A DNA stretch of 64,000 nt. Source: Hyphomonadaceae bacterium (lineage in GTDB: Bacteria > Pseudomonadota > Alphaproteobacteria > Caulobacterales > Hyphomonadaceae). This document shows, one piece after another, positions 56,251 through 64,000 of this stretch. Both the position numbers and the translations under genes were made by a program. The stretch's first letter is position 1. Every line of letters starts with the position of its first letter. The DNA is taken from assembly GCA_040398465.1 (NCBI GenBank), contig JBBAUA010000001.1, positions 85,254-149,253 on the forward strand. The letters are read 5' to 3'. A model generated the notes under the pieces. It saw nothing but the letters and a program-made list of their open reading frames with translations. It searched no databases and was not told the DNA's origin.

Positions 56251-57633
56251 ATGAGCCCTTCGGATGGATCGCGTGTTGGGCATTCCGGCTGGTCGCCTGA
56301 CAGCTGGCGGCGGAAGCCGGCCATGCACATTCCGGCGGATTATCCGGACATGGACAAGCTGGCGGCTGTCGAGAAGCAGCTGACCAGCTATCCGCCGCTG
56401 GTGTTCGCGGGCGAGGCGCGCACGCTGACGGCGCGGCTGGGTGATGTGGCGGAGGGCAAGGCTTTCCTGCTGCAGGGCGGCGACTGCGCCGAGAGCTTCA
56501 AGGAATTCCATCCGAACAATATCCGCGACACGTTCCGCCTCATCCTGCAGATGGCCGTGGTGCTGACCTTCGCGGGCAAGAAGTCGGTGGTGAAGGTAGG
56601 GCGGATTGCAGGGCAGTTTGCCAAGCCGCGCTCGGCGCCGACGGAGACGATCGATGGCGTGACGCTGCCGAGCTATCGCGGCGACAACATCAACGGGATG
56701 GAGTTCACGGCCGAGGCGCGGACGCCTGATCCGCAGCGGCTGCTGCAGGCTTACCTGCAATCGGCGGCGACGCTGAACCTGCTGCGGGCGTTCGCGCAGG
56801 GCGGCTATGCCAGCCTGGACAACATCCATCGCTGGATGCTGGGGTTTGTGGAAGCCTCGCCGACCGCTGACCGGTATCGCGCGATGGCGGCGCGGATCAC
56901 GGACGCGATGGAGTTCATGGAATCGTGCGGCATCACGCCGGAGACGACGCCGGCGCTGTCGCAGACGGATTTCTACACGAGCCATGAGGCGCTGCTGCTC
57001 GGCTATGAGCAGGCGATGACGCGCGAGGATTCGACGCGTCCGGGCGAGTTCTACGACACCTCGGCGCACATGATCTGGATCGGCGACCGCACGCGGCAGC
57101 CCGACGGCGCGCATGTCGAGTTCTGCCGCGGGGTTCGCAATCCGATCGGCCTGAAGTGCGGGCCGAGCCTGGCGCCGGATGAGCTGCTACGCCTGATCGA
57201 CATTCTGAACCCGGACAACATTCCAGGGCGGCTGACGCTCATCGCGCGGTTTGGTTCCGACAAGGTGGCCGAGGGGCTGCCGAAGCTGGTGCGGGCGGTG
57301 CAGGGCGGCGGGCGCAAGGTGGTGTGGTCGTCGGACCCGATGCACGGCAACATGGAAAAGACCGCGAGCGGCTACAAGACGCGGCCGTTCGAGCGCATCC
57401 TGAAGGAAGTGAATGACTTCATCGACGTGGTCGAGAGCGAAGGCGCGCATGCGGGCGGCATCCATCTCGAGATGACCGGGCAGGACGTGACCGAATGCAC
57501 CGGCGGCGGCCGCGAGATCACGGCGATGGAGCTGCAGGACCGCTATCACACGCATTGCGATCCGCGGTTGAACAACGAGCAGGCGCTGGAGCTGTCGTTC
57601 CAGCTGGCCGAAAAGCTGGCGGCGAAACGGTAG
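56251..57633 (+). CDS. class II (plant-type) 3-deoxy-7-phosphoheptulonate synthase
   Basis: [11 protein letters not shown]...QxPxYPD N-terminus, [11 protein letters not shown] and IWIGDRTRQ motifs. ATG at 56251 after GGAGCAGG. Confidence 0.92.
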   Translation: MSPSDGSRVGHSGWSPDSWRRKPAMHIPADYPDMDKLAAVEKQLTSYPPLVFAGEARTLTARLGDVAEGKAFLLQGGDCAESFKEFHPNNIRDTFRLILQMAVVLTFAGKKSVVKVGRIAGQFAKPRSAPTETIDGVTLPSYRGDNINGMEFTAEARTPDPQRLLQAYLQSAATLNLLRAFAQGGYASLDNIHRWMLGFVEASPTADRYRAMAARITDAMEFMESCGITPETTPALSQTDFYTSHEALLLGYEQAMTREDSTRPGEFYDTSAHMIWIGDRTRQPDGAHVEFCRGVRNPIGLKCGPSLAPDELLRLIDILNPDNIPGRLTLIARFGSDKVAEGLPKLVRAVQGGGRKVVWSSDPMHGNMEKTASGYKTRPFERILKEVNDFIDVVESEGAHAGGIHLEMTGQDVTECTGGGREITAMELQDRYHTHCDPRLNNEQALELSFQLAEKLAAKR

Positions 57634-57705
57634 GGGCGCCTGGCCGTCCACGCTGTTCGCGATGATCGTCAGGCCGAGCGGTCGCCCTTTGTGAAAGGCC
57701 AGCCT

Positions 57706-58068
57706 ATGCGTTGGGTCATTGGACCGCTGTTACTGGCATTCGCCGCTTGCGAAGAGCCGCCGCCACCGCCGACGCTGGTGGAAGTGCCCGCGCAGTATCT
57801 CGGCGGCTGGGACGAGAACGTCGGCGCCTGTGGTCAGGGCGGACCCAATGCGGTGAAGGTGACGCCGACTGAAGTTGTGATGGAGGATACGAAGGTTGCG
57901 GTGAGCGGCGTTGCGCCGGATGGCGAGACGGCTGCGCGCGTGCTGGGGCGTTTCACCGGGCCGGGTCAGGAGTGGGACGGGTCGATTCGGCTTGAGGTGT
58001 CTGCTGACGGGCGGGAGCTGAACGTCGTCAACGGCGCGATGATCGTGCCGCGGGTGAAGTGTCCGTAA
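57706..58068 (+). CDS. hypothetical lipoprotein
   Basis: ATG at 57706 after GAAAGG. Lipobox LLAFAAC followed by a Pro-rich linker. Confidence 0.55.
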   Translation: MRWVIGPLLLAFAACEEPPPPPTLVEVPAQYLGGWDENVGACGQGGPNAVKVTPTEVVMEDTKVAVSGVAPDGETAARVLGRFTGPGQEWDGSIRLEVSADGRELNVVNGAMIVPRVKCP

Positions 58069-58150
58069 GGCGCTGGTTGGTGCGGTGGACTTGAGGTCCC
58101 GCGGGGCGTATGGCGGTCAACGGTCAGGATGGCCTGCAGGAGCGGCGCGC

Positions 58151-58618
58151 ATGGTTCGGATTGCACTCGGGGCGATGGCTTTTGCCGTGGCGGCGGCGTG
58201 TGCTTCGGCGCCTGAGGCGATGACGCCGCAGCAGATGATGACCGGCAAGTGGAGTTGCGCGACCGAATCCGAAGGCGTCGTGATCAGCGGCGTGTTCGAT
58301 TACCAGGCCAATGGTCTCGCTACGAGCACGTCCAATATCGATGTTGACGCTGGCGCAGTGAAGATCGCTCTTACGGCCAACGCGGATTCAACCTGGGGTT
58401 TCGACGCGGATGGCAAGATGACGGAGACCGTCACAGCGATGAAGCTGACCTCCGCCAAGATGGCCGGACAGGAGATGGACAAGGACATGGTGGAGTCGCT
58501 GGTGCAGCCGATGATCGACCAGGTTGTCGGCGAATCTTCGACCAGCACGGTGGCGTTTGGCGAGAATTCGTTCACGTCGACGACGGAGGATGGCATCGTC
58601 TCCACCTGCAAGCGCTAG
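58151..58618 (+). CDS. hypothetical lipoprotein (paralog of next gene)
   Basis: ATG at 58151 after AGGAG. Lipobox AVAAAC. GKWSC near the N-terminus and TCKR at the C-terminus mirror GTWVC / DCAR in the next ORF. Confidence 0.55.
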   Translation: MVRIALGAMAFAVAAACASAPEAMTPQQMMTGKWSCATESEGVVISGVFDYQANGLATSTSNIDVDAGAVKIALTANADSTWGFDADGKMTETVTAMKLTSAKMAGQEMDKDMVESLVQPMIDQVVGESSTSTVAFGENSFTSTTEDGIVSTCKR

Positions 58619-58642
58619 GGACGATTTCAACGGGGACCCAAA

Positions 58643-59095
58643 ATGCTGAACCTGATCACAACTGCTGCACTATCGTGCATGCTCGCCGGGACGGCGTTTG
58701 CTCAGACGCCGTCGCCAGCCGGAAAGCTCACCGGCGGAACCTGGGTGTGCAGCGCTGTAAATGATGGGCTGAACGTCATCTCCAAGCAGAGCTACGCGGC
58801 CGACGGAACCAGCACGATCATGTTGATGGTGTTCGGCGAGGCGGACGGTACGAGCGTCAAGATTGTCGCGGAAGGCGTCGGCACGTGGAACCTCGTCGGC
58901 GACCGTCTCGATGAGGTGCTGTCGCGGATGACCGCGACCTATGCCGATATTGGCGGCGACGAGGCATTGGATATCGCGCAGGAGATGCTCGACGGTTCGA
59001 TGGTAAACGTCACGCTGACCAACACCGCCACTTTCGCTGGACCCACGCTGCAACTTGTCGATGTTGACGACGTCGTGACGGACTGCGCGCGATAG
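58643..59095 (+). CDS. hypothetical secreted protein (paralog of previous gene)
   Basis: Signal peptide ending AFAQ. Conserved Cys pair (GTWVC ... TDCAR). Confidence 0.55.
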   Translation: MLNLITTAALSCMLAGTAFAQTPSPAGKLTGGTWVCSAVNDGLNVISKQSYAADGTSTIMLMVFGEADGTSVKIVAEGVGTWNLVGDRLDEVLSRMTATYADIGGDEALDIAQEMLDGSMVNVTLTNTATFAGPTLQLVDVDDVVTDCAR

Positions 59096-59127
59096 GGCTT
59101 TTGCGCAAGCCGCGCGTGGATGAGCTG

Positions 59128-59478
59128 ATGGCCAAGAAGTTCAAGTTGAAGGCCGAGGAGATTAAGCCGCTCGCCACAGGGCGCGGGGCGTGCATCGCTA
59201 CGGACATGATCACGCGGCAGGGCAAGCGCGTGGGCTTCATGTATCGCGAGAAGCCGGAGACGCCGCAGGATAGCGGCTGGCGCTTCATGTCGGGCCTGGA
59301 AGACCAGGACTACATGGACGAGGCGGAATACCACGGCATCTATGACGTGAACACGATCGCCAACTATGACCCAACGATAATCCCCCTGCTGGACGAGGCC
59401 GAAGGCGCAGCGTTCGAGCGTATTCCGGGCGCGGCGCGATTCCGGCCTGTTGACGACTGGGCGCCGTCGGAGGATTAA
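59128..59478 (+). CDS. DUF2185-like protein
   Basis: KFKLKAEEIKPL...CIATDMIT..GKRVGFMYRE...DSGWRF...YDVNTIANYDP resembles DUF2185 (Imm33-type) as I recall it. ATG at 59128. Confidence 0.6.
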   Translation: MAKKFKLKAEEIKPLATGRGACIATDMITRQGKRVGFMYREKPETPQDSGWRFMSGLEDQDYMDEAEYHGIYDVNTIANYDPTIIPLLDEAEGAAFERIPGAARFRPVDDWAPSED

Positions 59479-59522
59479 GCGCTCCCCGGAAACGCGAACC
59501 AGACGCGCACGGAAGATGCGCG

Positions 59523-60968
59523 ATGGAGAACCCCATGACTCTCAAGGCGTCGATGAGCGCGCGCCTGCCTGCATGGGCGCGGCCTAGCGAAATTCTCGAC
59601 CTGACGCGGCTGGCTGTGCCTGTCGCGATGTCGCGCGCCTCGTTCATGCTGATGGGCCTGACGGATGCCGTCGTGCTGGCGCAGCATGCGCCGGGGCAGT
59701 TGCCGCTGGTGCTCAACGGCTGGCTGCCGAGCGGCGTCACGATGGGCTTCGGCATGGGGCTCATGCTGGGCGTGTCGGTGATGTCGGCCGAACTGAGCGG
59801 ATCGGGCAAGGCGGAGGAGACAGGCCGCATCCTGCGCAGGGGTCTGTGGGTTGGCGCGCTCTATGGCCTGGTGGCGACGGTGATTGTGCTGATCATTGCC
59901 GAGCCGCTGTTGTGGGCGCTGGGCTTTGGCGAGGACCTCGTCGCGCCGATCAAGCAGACGACGGAAATTCTCGCCTACGGCACGGTCGGGCACATGCTGG
60001 CGATGGCGTGCTCGATGTATCTGGAGGCGTTGAGGAAGCCCAATCTTGTGACCGCCATCTCGATGGCGGCGGTGTTGCTGAACCTCGTGCTCGATCTCGT
60101 TCTGGTGCCGCAGTACGGCGCGGTCGGCGTTGCGTGGGCGACAACGGGGTCGCGCTTCTTCATGATGGCGTGCTTCCTCGTGATCATCGCGCTGATGACG
60201 CCCGCCTTCAAACCCTCGCCGAAGGGACCTCCGGGGGAGTTCATCCGGCAGAACAAGGTCGGGATCGGGACAGGCATCGCCAACGCCGCCGAATGGGGCG
60301 CGTTCAACATGACGTTCGTCATCGCGACGCTGGTGTCGATCGACGCCGGCACAGTCTACGGGCTCACAGTGCAGATGATGGGCGTGATCTTCATGATCTA
60401 CATGGGCATGGGCACGGCAACGAGCGTGCGCGTCGCGGAGCGCTTCGGCCGCAAGGACGGGCTGGGCGTCCGCGAGGCGTCGCGGCTTGGCGTGGTTGCG
60501 GCGATTGCGGTGGGGCTGGTGCTGGCGGTGATCCTCGTGGCGACGAAGGACGTAGTCGCGCACTGGCTGTTGACCGGGCCGGAGGCGCAGGCGAGCGGCG
60601 GGGCGCAGTCGACGAGCCTGATGCCGACGCTCGCGTTGATGCTGGCGTTCGCAGCGGCGGTGACGCTGTTCGACGGTCTGCAGGTGGTGGGTGCGATGGG
60701 CCTGCGCGCGCAGGGCGTGGTGTGGTTGCCTACGCTCATTCACGTCGGGAGCTATATCGTCGTCATGCTCCCGCTGTGCGTGTGGCTGGCGTTCGGTCCG
60801 GAGAGTGTTCCGGGCGGGCTGGACCTTGGCGTATGGGGCGTGTTCATCGGGATCAGCGTGGCGTCGGTGGTTGCGGGCGTCGGGCAGGTGCTGGCGTTAG
60901 AGCTGAAGAGCCGCGATGCAGAGCGGCGTGCGGAGATTGAGGGGGTCGCGGCGGTGGTGGTGCATTAG
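59523..60968 (+). CDS. MATE family efflux transporter
   Basis: 481 aa with 12 hydrophobic segments and the two-fold MATE repeat pattern. Confidence 0.85.
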   Translation: MENPMTLKASMSARLPAWARPSEILDLTRLAVPVAMSRASFMLMGLTDAVVLAQHAPGQLPLVLNGWLPSGVTMGFGMGLMLGVSVMSAELSGSGKAEETGRILRRGLWVGALYGLVATVIVLIIAEPLLWALGFGEDLVAPIKQTTEILAYGTVGHMLAMACSMYLEALRKPNLVTAISMAAVLLNLVLDLVLVPQYGAVGVAWATTGSRFFMMACFLVIIALMTPAFKPSPKGPPGEFIRQNKVGIGTGIANAAEWGAFNMTFVIATLVSIDAGTVYGLTVQMMGVIFMIYMGMGTATSVRVAERFGRKDGLGVREASRLGVVAAIAVGLVLAVILVATKDVVAHWLLTGPEAQASGGAQSTSLMPTLALMLAFAAAVTLFDGLQVVGAMGLRAQGVVWLPTLIHVGSYIVVMLPLCVWLAFGPESVPGGLDLGVWGVFIGISVASVVAGVGQVLALELKSRDAERRAEIEGVAAVVVH

Positions 60969-61073
60969 CGCGTAGGGGCCATTGCGCTGCCCCTCCCCCG
61001 TGGTTTCGCTGCGTACTCCGGGCGCCCGCAGGACGCTGCTGCGCTATCGTAAGCCGTGGGCGGCGATCCGGAG

Positions 61074-61343
61074 TTACTTCAAATCCTTCATCGCAGCAGC
61101 CGGCTTGAACGCAGCCGCTGTTCGCGCGGGGATCTTGATCGTCATGCCGGTCGCCGGATTGCGGCCGTCTCGGGCGGCGCGGGTTTTGGTCACGAACGTG
61201 CCGAAGCCGGAGATCGCGACCTGTTCGCCGCGTTTGAGCTGTAGCGTGATCGTGTCGAAGACGGCATCAACCAGACGTGTTGCTTCGGTCAGCTTGATGC
61301 CGTTGGAGTCGGCGATCAGCTTGATGAGGTCGGACTTGTTCAT
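61074..61343 (-). CDS. hupB: DNA-binding protein HU
   Basis: 89 aa. MNKSDLI...GFGTF...RAARDGRNPATG canonical HU signature. Confidence 0.93.
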   Translation of the reverse strand: MNKSDLIKLIADSNGIKLTEATRLVDAVFDTITLQLKRGEQVAISGFGTFVTKTRAARDGRNPATGMTIKIPARTAAAFKPAAAMKDLK

Positions 61344-61439
61344 GGACCCGCTCGCAGGTTTGAAGCCGCGACACAGCGGCGCCTGATCGGGCGCCGATAA
61401 TCACGATTCTTCAAGACCGTACGTGGACGGAAGGACGGA

Positions 61440-62348
61440 TTATATCCCCAGAATCCAGCCTTCCTCTTTCGTCACCGCCTCTTTCTGGGCGTCGGTGAGC
61501 TTGGCTTCCGTAGCGAAAATCTGCCCAAGCTTTCCGTTGGCGTCACGCTCGGCGAACCACTCCGCCATGGTGCGGACCTGGGCTTCGTCACGGATTTCGG
61601 TGGCGCCGATCTGCTTGGCGACGAGCTGCGGATAGATCTCGGCGACAACGATGCGCGTACCGGTGAGGGCTTCCTCATCGAGCTTGGCGAGAGGCAGTTC
61701 GAACGGCCAGATCTTCATCGCGGGGAAGCTCGCGCGCAGGCGTTCGACCGCGGGCAGGCCGGTGAGGGTCTGGCCGCCGACGGCGCCGGCATAAGCGATC
61801 TTCCACACCGGCTGCGGGCGCAGCTTGCGGGTTTCGGCGACGTGCTCTTCCGTGAAACGGAACTCCGGGATGTCCTTCGGCCCGTGCTCGCGCGTCTTCT
61901 TCATCGCGAGCGTGGTGAGTTCGTCCTTCTTGGAGCAACCCCAGAACGGGAACGGTCCTTCGGAGATGAGACGGTTCATCCGCGCTGCGAGAGCAAAGCG
62001 GTTGTTGGAGTTGTCGGGCTTGTCCTTCATTTCCTTGAGCAGGAAATCGCGCGTGGCGCGCCACGGCGCATCGCCCTTCAGCTTGAGCGCCGCGGCCGTG
62101 CCGGTGGTGAAGCCCATGGGGAAGTCCATGCCGACGAGCACGCGGTCGCCGCGCTTGAGGCAGCGGCCGAGCAGGTCGGTCAGTTCTTCGATCGCCTTGG
62201 CGCGCGTCGGCGGGTTCGACGCCTTGAACGCCAGCTTGAGGCGCGAGTCCGGTGTGAGCGCGCCGATCCAGATGGAGTCGGCGCCGGTGGCAGGCTTGGA
62301 GGCGGCGCTCCAGTCCACCATCACATAGCTGTCGAACAGGCGGGCCAT
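61440..62348 (-). CDS. conserved hypothetical protein (possibly DUF429/RNase-H-like fold)
   Basis: ATG at 62348. N-terminal YVMVDWSAAS...DSIWIG and C-terminal EEGWILG motifs recur in alphaproteobacterial hypothetical proteins as I recall. Function unknown. Confidence 0.6.
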   Translation of the reverse strand: MARLFDSYVMVDWSAASKPATGADSIWIGALTPDSRLKLAFKASNPPTRAKAIEELTDLLGRCLKRGDRVLVGMDFPMGFTTGTAAALKLKGDAPWRATRDFLLKEMKDKPDNSNNRFALAARMNRLISEGPFPFWGCSKKDELTTLAMKKTREHGPKDIPEFRFTEEHVAETRKLRPQPVWKIAYAGAVGGQTLTGLPAVERLRASFPAMKIWPFELPLAKLDEEALTGTRIVVAEIYPQLVAKQIGATEIRDEAQVRTMAEWFAERDANGKLGQIFATEAKLTDAQKEAVTKEEGWILGI

Positions 62349-62468
62349 TGCTGGTCTTCTTTCAAACATGCAGCCGCGGTCAGCGCGGCAGGGGGGCATT
62401 TCACAAGAGGGAAGGCGAGAAGCCCTCGAAGTCCAAATTCTTGGGCTCTCGAGGGCTATATAGGCGAT

Positions 62469-63491
62469 CTAGCCGAGTTTCACGAGCATCTTGCCCGTGT
62501 TTCCGCCGCTGAACAGGGCCATGAAGGCTTCCGGGGCCTTTTCGATCCCGGTCATGACCGTTTCCTCGTACTTGATACTGCCCGAGGCGATCCAGCCCGC
62601 CATTTCCTGCACGAATTCGGAATAGGTGGGCGCGTAGTCGGACACGATGAAGCCCTGCAGCTTGATGCGGCGGCCGATCAGGTTGGTCATGTTGTTCGGG
62701 CCGGGAACCGGTCCCGTGGCGTTGTAGAGCGAGATCATCCCGCAGATCGGCATCCGCGCGTACATGTTGGCGCAGGCAATGGCGGCGGTGAGGTGGTCCC
62801 CGCCGACATTGTCGAAATAGACGTCAACGCCCTTGGGGGCGGCTAGCTGGAGCGCCTTGGTGAGGCCGCGCAGGTCGCCGGCGGCGCGGTAGTCGATCGC
62901 CTCGTCGAAGCCGATGGATTTCAGGTAGTCGCACTTGTCCTTGCCGCCGGCCGAGCCGACGACGTGGCAGCCCTTGATCTTGGCGATCTGGCCGACGAGG
63001 GAGCCGACGGCGCCCGCAGCGCCAGACACGAACACCGTCTCGCCCGGCTTGGGCTCGCCGATCTTCAGCAGGCCAGACCAGGCGGTGTGGCCCGGCATGC
63101 CGGCGACGCCCAGATAGGCCTGGGTGGGCAGCTGGAGATTCGGGAGCTTGGCGAGGTTTACGGCCGCGGCCGGAGCGGTAAACGCCTCGCGCCAGCCCGC
63201 GAACGAAGACACAAGGTCACCGGGTTTGAAATTATCATCACGGGAATTGACCACCTGGCCGATGGCCCCACCATTCATTGCCTGCCCCAGCTCGAAGGGG
63301 GCCGCATAGCTCTTCGCGTCGTTCATGCGGCCGCGCATGTACGGGTCGACCGTCATCCAGAGGTTGCGGACCTGGACCTGGCCGGGGGCGGGCTCGGGCG
63401 ATTCGACCGTAGCCAGTTCAAAGTCCGAGGATTTTGGCTCGCCCACCGGGCGGGCCCGCAGGCGCCATTCACGGGATGTTACAGACGGCAT
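62469..63491 (-). CDS. NADP-dependent oxidoreductase (MDR family, zinc-independent, CurA/PTGR-like)
   Basis: 340 aa. Cofactor motif VSGAAGAVGSLVGQIAK and the typical N-terminal W.L...P.G.P pattern. Confidence 0.88.
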   Translation of the reverse strand: MPSVTSREWRLRARPVGEPKSSDFELATVESPEPAPGQVQVRNLWMTVDPYMRGRMNDAKSYAAPFELGQAMNGGAIGQVVNSRDDNFKPGDLVSSFAGWREAFTAPAAAVNLAKLPNLQLPTQAYLGVAGMPGHTAWSGLLKIGEPKPGETVFVSGAAGAVGSLVGQIAKIKGCHVVGSAGGKDKCDYLKSIGFDEAIDYRAAGDLRGLTKALQLAAPKGVDVYFDNVGGDHLTAAIACANMYARMPICGMISLYNATGPVPGPNNMTNLIGRRIKLQGFIVSDYAPTYSEFVQEMAGWIASGSIKYEETVMTGIEKAPEAFMALFSGGNTGKMLVKLG

Positions 63492-63688
63492 CGCGGCCTC
63501 CAGTTTGTCGCAGCGCGCTCATTGCGCCCTTGCACGGAATTTTCCAGTCTTTTCGGCCATTTACGCATTGAAAGATACTGTAACCAACCTTGATGCCCCC
63601 GCTTATTGTGCGGCTGCGTTATTCGCGTATCTGCTGACCCTGCACCCCACCGTCAGTTTTGGGGGGGTGTGTGTCGGAGGGTAGCGTT

Positions 63689-64000
63689 TTGAAGCGTATC
63701 GAGAACCCAGCAAGAACGGCCACCGTTGTCGGCCGCCACCAGGGCAAAGTCCGGGTCGGTGTTGTGGGCGCGGGTGTTTTCGGCGGCTACCACGCACAGA
63801 AGTTCGCTGCGGGCGAACATGCAGAATTTGTAGGCGTCTTCGATCTCAACGCGGAAGCTGCCGGCAAGGTCGTGGCGAAGGTCGGCCAGGGCGCCGTCTT
63901 TGCCTCGTTCGAAGAGCTGGCTGATGTCTGCGATGCGCTGGTAATCGCGACGCCGGCATCATCGCACGCCGCGCTGACGCGGAAGGCGCTGGAAGCTGGC
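63689..64000 (+). CDS. Gfo/Idh/MocA family oxidoreductase, 5' fragment (continues past the window end)
   Basis: TTG start 8 nt after GGAGG. VRVGVVGAGVFGGYH Rossmann motif. The frame is open to nt 64000. Confidence 0.7.
   Translation, partial: MKRIENPARTATVVGRHQGKVRVGVVGAGVFGGYHAQKFAAGEHAEFVGVFDLNAEAAGKVVAKVGQGAVFASFEELADVCDALVIATPASSHAALTRKALEAG

Overview
High-GC (by eye roughly 60-65%) chromosomal core segment with alphaproteobacterial gene content (NDUFA12-like/MlaD/DUF2155 triad, aroQ-accB-accC, class II DAHP synthase, Zur-type Fur regulator, Caulobacter-style promoters). I can support about 60 protein genes. Nearly all are housekeeping: argS, leucine-type amino-acid dehydrogenase, acyl-CoA dehydrogenase, aat, accBC, aroQ, thiS/thiG, rne, amidase, PBP1A, prfB (programmed +1 frameshift), gyrA, coaD, two cyclophilins, recG, asd, DAHP synthase, two HU-family genes, a TonB-dependent receptor and a MATE pump. 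I saw no rRNA, tRNA, CRISPR array, transposase, integrase, prophage block or recognisable defence gene, so this does not look like an accessory island. The many long antisense ORFs in the track are Arg/Pro/Ser/Gly-rich shadows of real genes. The most unusual content is at 20.3-26.3 kb. (1) A boxed promoter module (three TTTGNNGGAAAC boxes at fixed spacing) drives an unknown ORF, a ParA-like ATPase with a long disordered tail and a ribbon-helix-helix partner. The same promoter/box module recurs 34 kb away (54.7 kb) in front of another small ORF. (2) A class II ribonucleotide-reductase (NrdJ) paralog has a degenerate catalytic core but keeps an intact TSCPD domain and C-terminal zinc ribbon. Smaller observations: an AT-rich perfect palindrome upstream of the TonB-dependent receptor; a tiny upstream ORF duplicating the signal peptide of a pentapeptide-repeat protein; a 388-bp non-coding spacer splitting thiS from thiG; REP/MITE-like inverted repeats flanking an SDR gene; an HU paralog with a Lys/Ala-rich tail. 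All functional calls come from reading the translations against remembered family motifs. No database search was run.
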